From NCBI RefSeq assembly GCF_001194135.2, contig NC_068981.1:129923775-129977097 (forward strand): a stretch of DNA of 53,323 nt, written 5' to 3'. The notes beneath the pieces were generated by a model that was not told where the DNA came from, ran no database searches, and saw nothing but the letters and a program-made list of their open reading frames with translations. This DNA is from Octopus bimaculoides. Lineage: Eukaryota. Shown here piece after piece: positions 1 to 11,569 of this stretch. Positions within the stretch are counted from its first letter, which is position 1. Every line of letters begins with the position of its first letter. The translations under genes and the position numbers were made by a program.

Positions 1-53
<53 letters not shown>

Positions 54-215
54 GTCCCCCTCCACTGTTTGACTACTGGTGTTGGTGTGTTTATGTCCCC
101 ATGACTTAGTGGTTTGGCAAAAGAGACTAATAGAGCAAGTACCAGGCTTTAAAAAATACAAGAAAGTACTGGCCACAGTCTAATAATTAAAACAAGTAAA
201 AGAATAAAAGAAAAT
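1..215 (+). mobile_element. (TG)n plus 3' part of tRNA-derived SINE family A
   Basis: Matches the post-microsatellite part of the copy at 22572-22975 (gtttggcaaaagagact..atag, aaacaagtaaaag tail). Confidence 0.75.
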
Positions 216-553
216 AATAAATTCATAAAGTGTGTATTGTCAGTGAATAGCTACAATATATTTCAGGTAATTTATTTTATTAACACTGGGAGAATGAATG
301 GAAAAAAAATCAACCTAAGTCGGATTTTGAATTTGGAAAGGACTTTCCAAACTCAAAATCCAACTTAGGTTGATTTTTTTTCATTCTCCCAGTGTTAATA
401 AAATAAATAATCTGAATATTGTAGTTCCTTTTAGACTGGTGTTTCTAACAAATTATTAAGCTTGATTTTCAGGTAAAATAAATCAAAGCCTTTGTATTAG
501 AAATTGGGCCTTTCAATTTGTTTTTGTTCAACAATGTTACTGTACTCTTATAA

Positions 554-766
<213 letters not shown>

Positions 767-1258
767 TAAAAGTTACATTAATGACACTGTCCATAATTCT
801 CTAAGCCATCATTTTCCCAACCAGGATTCATTGGAAACCTAAGGTTTTGTAAGAAAAGGGGATATACAGGCTATTTGTAAATGCATTTTTGAGTAATTTT
901 CTTGTTCTATTTTTACCCCTGTAATTTTATTGTAAATGCATGACATAATCCATAAGATAGGAAAATCCTGGCATCTGTAGATAGTATGGAGACCCAATTA
1001 AAAAAATTACCTATATTGGGGGAATTATGAGGGGATTTGATCTAGATTAGGTTGTGGTTAACAAGAAATTTCTTAAAGATTCTTGTCATATCTGATGGAT
1101 CTAGCACAACCAAACTTACTAAAGAGTTTTATGATTTGTTTAATCATCCATGAAATTTAAGTCTAATTATGAAAAAGGTTAATAAAGATATGAAATAATT
1201 CACTTTTTGACTGTTGAACTTGAAGTAGAAAAGCCATAAACAATAGCATGTAAATATT

Positions 1259-1469
1259 CGTTTCAAATTTTGGCACAAGGCCAGCAATTTGGGGGAGGGG
1301 AGTAAGTCTATTAGATTGACTCCAGTGCTCAACTGGTACTTATTTTATTGACTCTGAAGGGATGAAAAACAAAGTTAACCTCAGCAGAATTTGAACTCAG
1401 AGCATAAGGGACAAAATGCCACTAAGCATTGTGTCTGGCATGCTAATGATTCTGCCAGCTCACTACCTT
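1259..1469 (-). mobile_element. SINE family B, full length, 16-bp TSD
   Basis: Head GAGCTGGCAGAATC, B-box GAGTTCAAATTC and the central CTTTGCCTTTCATCC..GTCAATAAAATAAGTACCAGTT block (resembles the Meta/MESC SINE domain, from memory). Direct repeat ATAGCATGTAAATATT at 1243-1258 and 1470-1485. Confidence 0.85.
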
Positions 1470-2249
1470 ATAGCATGTAAATATTGGGTTTAAAAAAATC
1501 CTTTTGGATAAAATAAGTCAAATGCTACCCGTAGACACCCTTTGAGTTATTTCTATGCAAAAGCTTTTTTACTCCATTTACATTTATAACTTTTCTACTT
1601 TGAGTTCAACTGTTAAAAATGAATCCTTTCATGCTCTCTTGAAGTTTCTAAGTTTTTATATCACTAACAAAAATATATATTAGTTTTTATGTAGGGGTTC
1701 CTTGTGATTTAGAATTTATTTAAAATGTTTCTCATGAGTAAAAAGATTAGAAACCTCTGTTCTCAGCTATATCTACACAAAAATTTGAGTTCAATTCTTT
1801 AGCTGGCAAAACATTTTTATATCATACAGTGCTTTCACTGCTTAGAACATGAAAATGCTCCACCTCTTTACAATATATTTACTACTAGAATAACAGAACC
1901 ACTACACAAGGAAGTATTTTTATGTGGAAAATGGTGCAGTGCCAGAAATGCAGTAAACTTTTTTCTGCCAAAGGTTGATACTCTATCAATTTGGCTGACA
2001 GCAATTTTCCAACAGAATCAGTCATTCTAAATGACATTATAAAATATTCTCATTGATTGAATGGCTGTCATTATAATATGGTTGAATAGTTGTCATTTGA
2101 TAAGGTCATCATGCTTATGTCACTTTTTGTCATGCTTGTATGAAGAAAATGATTGCAAAAATACAATAAAGTAAAATATTGACTAGCTATTTTGCATCCA
2201 CATACCCCCTGACACATCCTAATCACATAATATAATGTTAACATTCCAG

Positions 2250-2371
2250 GAGGACTTGAATTTGGAAGTCAATCCAAAGGTGACACATTACAACACTGGT
2301 ATGAGATGTTAAGAAATCCTGACCAGAAAGTTGAATACTGGCATACTCTAACTCCAGATTTTTGTCCATGA
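2250..2371 (+). CDS. RPH3A: Rabphilin-3A/DOC2-like protein, last coding exon
   Basis: Acceptor acattccag|. Translates (G)GLEFGSQSKGDTLQHWYEMLRNPDQKVEYWHTLTPDFCP*, stop TGA 2369-2371. Aligns by eye to rabphilin [33 protein letters not shown]. Confidence 0.93.
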
Positions 2372-4198
2372 AGGCAGTTTTTGCTTCTGGCATGGCATTG
2401 TTTACAAAGTGAGTGAATATAGCTTTTGTATGTATTTTTTACTTTGAAATAATCATCCTCACCCACTTTTTTTTTAAATGTAAACAAAAGTTAATGCAGG
2501 TATGCACTGAACCTAAAGAGTTTATTTTTACACCAATAGGACCTTGTGACTAATAAATTTAGAGTTCCAGAGAGATGCAGTGATGTGTTAAGAAGGATTG
2601 TACTTAATCATTTAGCCTGGGGCTAAGGAGAGAGATATTGAGAAAGATGTAATGATATCATCATCATCATCATCATCGTTTAATGTCCGCATTCCATGCT
2701 ATAATCTAATCTCTGATGGTATGAATGTAATTTACTAAAATGAAATATAGAATTTTTTCTTCTGTAATTTTTCAGTCAAAGTTACCTCTCAAAAAAATTC
2801 ACAGTTCCCTGCTCATCATTGACAGTGTAATCACATTTGTAGTATAATGTATGACAGCTACTCTTTATTTAGTCCAACTGCTCGTTTCAGCAGATCTTAA
2901 CTCCCTCCCCATATGAAAAAAAGAGACGTAGGTGTTTTTAGTTGTTTCAAATATTCATTTATTTTTCTTAGTGAATTTTTAATTCTCCTTTTTTTTTTTT
3001 TTTTGGTATATTTATCCTTTTTCTTCTTGATTACTTAATGCTATTTGTTTTGGAGATGTATTTGCCAGGCAACTGATTTGACCTGAGACAATGTGTTGAA
3101 ACTAAAATGATTGCAGTGCAGAAGACACATATTAACCATTCAGAAATGCGCAAAGAGTGTTAACTTCATTCAGACATGTATTATTTTGTACACAATGCCA
3201 AAGTTTTCGTTACGCAAACTGCAACCTGGTCTCTGACAGTGTACTCATGTCAATGACACAATCACACTGCAGTGTAATCTTGTCAATAACACCTCTGAAA
3301 TTCCAATAGCTTCAACAAGGCTACTAAAATTCTGAAGAAAACTTTTACTGGTTGCCTGAAGAAGATAACAATTATGCAACAATATCACTTAATATTTCTT
3401 ATGTTATTATATTAATATAATTAAATATTCCCCCATCCCTATGTACTTATTTGGCATGCTCTTTTTTTTTTTTCAGATTTTATTATATGATTGTATTTAT
3501 TAAACAAAGCAATAACAATGGATGTCATAAATGTTTATATTTCCTACAAAATTTTAATTTTATAGCTAGTTATTCCAAGCAAAATCTATGGTATGTATGG
3601 AACCATAAATGTTGTCCAGAAGGTATAGTCCAGCATTGATCTTAGATATTGTTGCAATGTAAAATTAGTGGTAATTCCAGGTGTTGTTTGTTGTATTGTT
3701 GTGTATGCTTTCATTGAATTTATTTTTTTGTTTCTTTTCCTCTCCTGCTTTTGTTGTATTGTTCCAAAGATTACCATCTTACACAAAATATTTGCTTTTC
3801 ACTATTATTTTTTGCTTTAATAAAGATTTTTGTTCAATGTTTTTATTAACATTTAAATTACATTTAAATGTTGTTAACTTTTGTATGTATTTTTTACTTT
3901 GAAATAATCATCCTCACCCACCTTTTTTTTTAATGTAAACAAAAGTTAATGCAGGTATACACTGAAATCAATAAGTGATTAACTTTATGATAATGATAGA
4001 CTATATAATATTTCTGATCTACTGGTCACAAATATTTACTTCATTCAATAAAATCTTTTCATCATTTATGCTAATCACACTTTTGGAAAGGCATTATTGT
4101 CATAACATCCAGTTAACCATCTACTTACTACAATATGAAGAATTCCTCTTCATATAGAGCATCTTAAACAAGTCAGTCTCACAGGGTTTATTCTTCTC

Positions 4199-4410
4199 TA
4201 ACCCTTTAGTATTTGAACTGACAATATCCAGCCCAAATATGTTTTATGTTCTAACTCGTCAGATCCAGCCTCTCACACCAACTCTATAATGTCACTCTAA
4301 AACCAAACAATCACATCATTGAAATATCAAAGCTATGGGATGATTAATTTAAAATGATGTGAATAAATAATCATTACATTTGACAGAGTAATCTGTATGC
4401 CTAGGGACTA
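4199..4410. mobile_element. piggyBac-like MITE (TTAA-CCCTTTAG family), older copy
   Basis: Same ~220-bp body as 31818-32020 and 33116-33335; left end taaccctttag, right end decayed. Confidence 0.6.
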
Positions 4411-6229
4411 AGGTGTATCCAGAGTAGAATATAAATTAACATTAGGAAGTTAACAAAGTACTCATCAATTACTGCAGTAAACTTTTCTCAAATAATTCTA
4501 AATGAGATGGAATTAAAAATAAAAGATGTGCACTGTGAGATATTGATTCAATCCGCTACAGACACACTAATTTCCCAATTTATGCAATACTATGAAATGA
4601 TATGAACCATCAACCTTTTGATTAGTTGTAGACTATTAGCCAAAAGGTTATGTTTGCATAAGCATAACATTTTTAAGGTGGTGTTATGCTTATGCAAAAT
4701 GATTCTTGTTTGATTACATGTAAGCTGCAGAAATAGCCAAAAGAATTATATTAAGTGTACAGCTTCATGTTTATGAGCTCAAATTTCACTCGAATAAACA
4801 ATCTTTTATCAGTTTGAGTTAATAAAATTAAATCAATTATAGATTAGAGCTGATTTTATGGAGTTTAATTTTTATTACTCTTTCTTCTTCATCTAAACAT
4901 ATAAAATAACATTGAAAATTGCTCTTACAGCATATTATTTCGCTCCTAATATAAAACCATCAGGACAGATTATAGGCTAAATATACACTTGCTTTTTAAT
5001 TTAACACTGTTTGCCTCATTATAAATCTAGTTGTAAATTTATAAAATCATTATAAATTTAATCATTTAATCATTATAAATGTAATTACATCACCACTTTT
5101 GACAATCCAATGTTTTGTTGTATATTTTAATAAACCCTCTGTTTGGTCCTCTCCCCACACTTTTGGTGACAGGTATAGCTTTTTTTACACAATCTGTTAA
5201 CTAACAAAAATTATCTAACAATTTGTACTTAAATTCAATATGTGGCTAATGCTTTGTTTTCTACATAAGTATTCTAAGCAGAATTTGCTCTGAATATATC
5301 AATAGATTCTTTTCTTCTCTCTTAACTGTTTAATATTGTATTTATATTTTTAAATGTCTTTTACATTAAGTTTAACTTATTCTGCAAATTTGTATGTTGA
5401 TGTTTTGTGGCCTATTGTTCTTTCTAATGGTAATTATTTATAATGGTTGATGATATTTGTTATTCACCTCAGTAAACTTGCATGACTAGACAAATTTGCT
5501 TCTGTTGTTTAGTCTTTACATGGTCATTCAACTTTCTAGAAACAATAACCAAATCTCTTTTAAGTTACACCCAGCTGGACACATTAGCTACTGTATTCCT
5601 GTACATCCTAAAAAGACAGAGTGATCATGGTTGGCATGTTCAATCAAAATAACCTGGATTTGAACAGTAACAACCCAATTACTGGTATTTAAATATCTAT
5701 TTATTAACAGTTAGTTGATAATTAAGCATTTCTGACAGACATAACATAGTACTTCTAATCAAATTACTCTGTCTTCACTTTTCCCATCACCTACACTGTA
5801 ACTTTCTTCCTTGTCCCTGCACTAAACATTTGGAACTAAATCTCTAGAATTATTCACACTCATCTTATTAAACAAAAACCTATACTAATTCAAATATTGT
5901 TCTAACCACATAGAATTGTGTAACAATCTCTTTATTCAATTCCTGATATCCTTTGTAATAATTATGGAGCTTGGTTCATATTTCATAACAGATTAGCAAA
6001 TATTTAACTTTTACTTTTGCATGTAAATTCTTACTGTTGTTTATTGTTGTTGCTGATGTCAGTGCGTCAAACAGTTTAATGGAATCCTACAAATGTTATG
6101 CTTTGCACTGATATATAGTAGTCATATTGTATTTTTCTGGCTGTAACAATGCAGTGCTTTGGTTTGAATGGTGTGGTGTAGAAGTATAGTATTCTGAGTG
6201 AATTCAATGATGTATTTTACCGGCACCAC

Positions 6230-6485
6230 ATTAAAAGCACTTGTGCTGATACCACATTAAACACACTTGTGCTGATGCCACATAAAAGCATCCATGCCAC
6301 TATCACCTAAAAATCTCCCAGAATACTTTGTATGGTGGTTGGCATTAGGAAGGGCATCCAGCCATAGAAACCATGCCAAAACAGACAATTGGAGCCTGGG
6401 CAACTCCCTGGCTAGTCAGCTCCTGTCAAACCATCTAACCCATGCCAACATGGAGGATGGTCATTAAATGATGGTGATGGTGATA
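6230..6485 (+). mobile_element. Old RTE-LINE-derived 3' tail
   Basis: ttggcattaggaagggcatccagc...aacccatgcc..catgga...(gat)n, the same motifs as the young copies. Confidence 0.75.
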
Positions 6486-6524
6486 ATGTTTTAAATGGAT
6501 ATTAACCTGCCTCCAATATTTCAC

Positions 6525-6740
6525 CACCATCATCATCATCATTACTACCATTTAATATCTGCTTTTCATGCTGGCATGGGTTAGATAGTTTAACAAAAGC
6601 TGATGAGCAGGGAGGACTGTGTCAAGCTTCAGTGTTTGCTTTTGCTTGGTTTCTACTGCCAGATGCACTTCCTAATGCTAACCACTTCACAGAGTGTATT
6701 AGGTGCTTTTTACATGGCACTGGCACTAGTGATGTCACCA
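6525..6740 (-). mobile_element. Old RTE-LINE-derived 3' tail, inverted relative to the previous copy
   Basis: (cat)n..tttaatatctgcttttcatgctggcatgggtt..cttcctaatgctaaccact. Confidence 0.7.
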
Positions 6741-7109
6741 GGTAACTCACAAGACAAGATTCCACAGCTGTGGGGAAATGGCTTTATGCTATGTGATGAG
6801 AAGACTGTTTGATTTGATTGTGTTGTGAGTTGCCTTCCAGAAAAACCAAATCATTCTTGATTGATGCTAATTTATGGTATCAGCAACAACATTGACAAGC
6901 AAAATCAACCTGAACACATTTGAAATCTTTAACTATAAATGCAAGTAGAATGTACATCCAAGGTAATTCCTCATGTATGTCATATATATTTAAATATCAT
7001 TTAGCAGAATTTCAAGAAATTCAGTGTATTAGACAACAAAAATACAGATAGAGAAAATCACATCTTTAATTGTTGAATTCACTATTCAAAGCTGACAATC
7101 GTTTCTTTT

Positions 7110-7739
7110 CATCATCATCATCATCATCGTTTAACGTCCGCTTTCCATGCTAGCATGGGTTGGACGATTTGACTGAGGACTGGTGAAACCGGATGGCAAC
7201 ACCAGGCTCCAGTCTGATTTGGCAGAGTTTCTACAGCTGGATGCCCTTCCTAACGCCAACCACTCAGAGAGTGTAGTGGGTGCTTTTACGTGTCACCCGC
7301 ACGAAAACGGCCACGCTCGAAATGGTGTCTTTTATGTGCCACCCGCACANNNNNNNNNNNNNNNNNNNNNNNNNNNNNNNNNNNNNNNNNNNNNNNNNNN
7401 NNNNNNNNNNNNNNNNNNNNNNNNNNNNNNNNNNNNNNNNNNNNNNNNNNNNNNNNNNNNNNNNNNNNNNNNNNNNNNNNNNTCTTACTTGGCTTGCCGG
7501 GTCTTCTCACGCACAGCCCATTTCCAAAGGTCTCGGTCCGTAGTCATCGCCTCGGTGAGGCCCAATGTACGAAGGTCTTGCCTCACCACCTCAGCCCAGG
7601 TCTTCCTGGGCCTACCTCTTCCACGGGTTCCCTCAACTGTTAGGGTGTGGCACTTTTTCACGCAGCTATCCTCCTCCATTCTCACCACATGTCCATACCA
7701 GCGCAATCGTCTCTCTTGCACGCCACAACTGATGCTTTT
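7110..7739 (-). mobile_element. 5'-truncated young RTE-clade LINE (ORF C-terminus, 3'UTR, (GAT)n tail)
   Basis: ORF 7485-7721 QERRLRWYGHVVRMEEDSCVKKC...GRGRPRKTW.E.V..DL...DR..W is the RTE ORF2 C-terminal signature. The gap 7350-7482 lies in the 3'UTR. Confidence 0.9.
7350..7482. other. Assembly gap
   Basis: N run. Confidence 1.
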
Positions 7740-8444
7740 GTATCAACATATTTAGATACAGAAAATATCATTCAAATTAATATATCTGAAAATACATGTT
7801 AACTCAACATTTTCAAGGTGATCCAAAATTAGTTAAATTCAAAGTGAACTAAGAAAATATTTTCAGTACATGAATGCATATACAAAGAACATTAAGAAGA
7901 AATATAATCTAAAAAAAGTTATTTTTGTATTCAACTCTTGGTGACATCATTGGATAACGAAAAAATAACGATGTGAATTTTATGTTATGAAAGTTGGAAA
8001 CAGAGATTCTATGTCATGACAATTATCTATTTATTGAATATAGAAAACTTTTTTTAGAAAAATTATGCTTATTATATAATATATAAAAAGCAATGATAAT
8101 TAAGAATTGAAATATTTAAATACCTTCTGAAATTTGTGATAACATTTCATTGTAAAATAGCTATTAAAATTTGATAATATTAATTTAGAAGTAATTATAT
8201 AATACATTTCTTCAAGGCAAAGATCACATGTAGAATTGCCAATATTGTACAACAGTAACTAATAATGGACCACTTTAACTCATACTTAATGTTCTTATCT
8301 TTTAATCCCAAATGCATTTACTAAGATTTTTAGAATTACTTTTTCTTCTATACTTAAATGAATGAGAATGATTATGAAATCTAGATTTCCAAGTTGTAGC
8401 AAATGAACCTTTGTGATAATATTTGTAATCCCCTGTTATTACCT

Positions 8445-8770
8445 TATATGGCTGAGTAATTAGAGCATTGGGTTCACAATCATGAGGTAGTGAGTTTGAT
8501 TCCTAGACTAGGCTGTGTTCTGTTCTTGAGTAAGACACTTTATTTCACAATTATCCAGTTCACTCATCTATAGAAATGAGTTGTGACGTCACTGGTGCCA
8601 AGCTGTATCGGCCTTTGCTTTTCCCTTCGACAACATCGCTGGTGTGGAGAGGGGAGGCTGATATGCATGGGTGACTGCTGGTCTTCCATAAACAGCCTTG
8701 CCTGGACTTATGCCTTGGAGGAAAACTTTCTAGGTGCAATCCCATGGTCATCTGTGACTGAAGGGGAACT
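8445..8770 (+). mobile_element. tRNA-headed SINE (family C variant)
   Basis: gtttgattcc B-box, then ttcttgagtaagacactttatttcac...ccagttcactca core shared with the family C copies. Confidence 0.65.
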
Positions 8771-9133
8771 TTGCTACTTTATGTATTTGGGTATACCGAT
8801 AATTTTTTTTATTTTGCATGAAAGCATTCAGTGATGTTTGTTAACATTCCTTGTCAAAAAAAATCATCCTTTACCTTTGCATATTCTAAGACAAGTAGAT
8901 TTTTAAAAAAAATTATTGGTTGAAAAGCAGTTAAAGGTTAACAACAGGAAGGACATCCAACTACAAAACAATGTCTCAATATTATGTATTCATCCAACAC
9001 ATGCTAGCATCAAAAATTGACTAAATTTCTGGCCTTCTACCTAAATTAGATACAGTTATAAAGAACAGAATCATTACAGTCTCAAACTGTAGTAGAATTT
9101 TAAGTAGATTTTGCAGATTTTTGAGGCTCTTTT

Positions 9134-9945
9134 TGTTCAGTGTTCAAATCCTAATGACATTGTCCTTTCAGGGTCAATAAAATAAAGTATTGGGGTCAAT
9201 ATGATTGACACCTTTGTGTTTAAATTAAATACTATTATTATTATTGTTATTATTATTATTATTTATCAAAGCAACGAGCTGGCAGAATCTTTAGCAAGTG
9301 AGGCAAAATGCTTAGTCTGTCATTATGTTCAGAGTTCAAATTCCACTAAGGCCAACTTTGCCTTTCATCCTTTCAGGGTTGATAAAATAAGTACCAGTTG
9401 AACATTGGGGTTGATATAATTGACTTACCCTACCCCCAAAATTGCTGGCCTTGTGCCAAAATTTAAAAACATTATTATTATTTTTATTCTTATAATTATT
9501 ATGAAGATAGAAAGCTGGAAGAACTGTTATCATACTGGGCAAAATGTTCAGCAGCATTTCATCCAGCTTTATATTCTGAGTTTAAATTCTACCAAACTCA
9601 ACTTTGCCTTTAGCCTTTTCAGGGTCGATTAAGTAAGTACTAGTTGAGCACTGGGGTCAATGTAATCGATTTATCCCATTTCCACAAAATTTTAGGTCTT
9701 GTGCCTATAACACAAAAAAATTATTATAATGAAAGTAGTGATCTGGCAGAATTGTAAACATGCTGGACAAAATGCTTAGTGACATTTCATCTGTCTTTAC
9801 ATTCTGAGTTCAAATTCTGTCAAGGTTGACTTTGCCTTTAATCCTTTTGGGGTCAATAGAATAAGTACCAAACAAGCACTGAGGTTGATGTAATTGACTA
9901 GTCCTCTCCCCTAAAAATTTCAGGCCTTGCATCTATAATAGAAAC
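9134..9945 (+). mobile_element. Head-to-tail cluster of four SINE family B copies
   Basis: Copies at about 9134-9225, 9268-9470, 9503-9720 and 9731-9945, each with the ctttgcctttcatcc/aagtacca block, separated by (ATT)n. Confidence 0.85.
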
Positions 9946-11059
9946 TATTGTTATTATGTTATGAATAAATGTTTCCATGTACCATGCTTTTTTTTAATTT
10001 ACAATCTTGTATTATTTACACCAAACACAATAGAACTGTTTCTAACTTAATATTATTTTTATTTTTCAGAAATCAGATTTCCTGTGCAGATGTCAAAATA
10101 TTCAACTCCTTTTTTTCTCATTACATTTTTTTTTTCTTTTAAATCACAAGATATCATTGTTTCTTTGTTTTATTATTGAGAATATTCCATTTTCTGTTTT
10201 AATATTGATTTTTCTAATTTTTTTAAAATCAAAAACTTTATTTTCTTCTGAAGTATTACATAACATTTTTCTTTTATTTCTATTTTGTTGAAAATGCCAC
10301 TTTAAAAAATTTGTTTAATAATCTAACATTATGTTTCTTGTATCATTAAGAATTATTGTGCAATTTCTTTTATTTCCTATGAATTTGTTCCAGACATAAG
10401 GCAGCCCAATTTTTTTAAAGTTACATACTTACTTTGTTGACCATGTACTGTGTTTTGTTGTATGATGCAATACTTGCTTGCTTTGGGAAATAGCATTCTT
10501 ATTATATTATATATGAAATTATGGAAAAATTTGAACAAAAATATATAAATTAATGCATAACAGTATGTGACTGATATCTCTCTTGTAACTGTCTATTGGG
10601 TAACCCTCATGTCCCACTTTGTAACCATCATGTTGCTATTGGATAATTGTCTGTTATATGTCCATCATGTACTGACCTGTCATAAAACTGTTTGTTATAT
10701 CACCTGTCATATACATGTTTGTCATGTGACTAAGCTGTAAGGTTGGTGTTATGTCATTGTCATGTGACCACTTGTCATGTAATTGTGTGTCATGTGACTT
10801 ATGCGATCATTTGTGATGTGACTTCCTCATCTACTTGTCCTTTAGTACTCTGTGTATCCCAGGATCAACAGGTAACTGTAGAATTACTATCATGTGATTG
10901 TTTGGCATAAAACTCTTTGTCATGAAGCAGTCAAAAGACTATCAATAATATCATTCTTTCCTCAAGTTAATGAAACCTTACTGTTAGAATTCTAACATTA
11001 TTATTATTATTGTTCAGTAGTTTTATTTTTATAACGTGCTTTCACTTCACTACCGAGCG

Positions 11060-11512
11060 CAGATTGTACTCACGATTGCAAGATCATGGTTTGAATTACT
11101 AGACCATGTGGTGCATTGTGTTCTTGGGCAAAACACTTCATCTCACATTGCTCTGTGTCAGATCAACACCTGATGTGTGGCACACTGTGCACCTATTTAG
11201 GTAACATCAATTTGATGGAAGGAGTGAGCTAATTTACAGCACATACATTTGATTACTATAAACAAATCATTTTGTAGGTCGTCCGGCAAAAGCTGAACTA
11301 GGACAACAAGCTGGCAGAATCAATAGTATGCTAAACAAAATACTTGGTGGCGTTCCATTCATCTCTATGTTCTGAGTTCAAATCCCGCCAAGGCCAAATT
11401 TGCTTTTAATCCTTTGGGGTCGATAAAATAAATACCAGTTGTCCTCTCTGGGGACAATGTAATTGACTTACCCACTCCCCTGGACTTGCTGGCCTTGTGT
11501 CAAACTTTGAAA
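11060..11512 (+). mobile_element. tRNA-headed SINE (about 11060-11300) followed by SINE family B (about 11300-11512)
   Basis: ggtttgaattac..ttcttgggcaaaacactt core, then aagctggcagaatc...gagttcaaatccc...ctttggggtcgataaa. Confidence 0.7.
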
Positions 11513-11569
11513 TCATTATTATCATTATTATTATTTACATTATTGTTGCTTTGTTTTATAAAAACCGTT

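Noticed and set aside
5020-5085. Short tcattataaat repeats; 10-bp tandem at ~37271
   Set aside because: Ordinary low-complexity slippage in AT-rich DNA.
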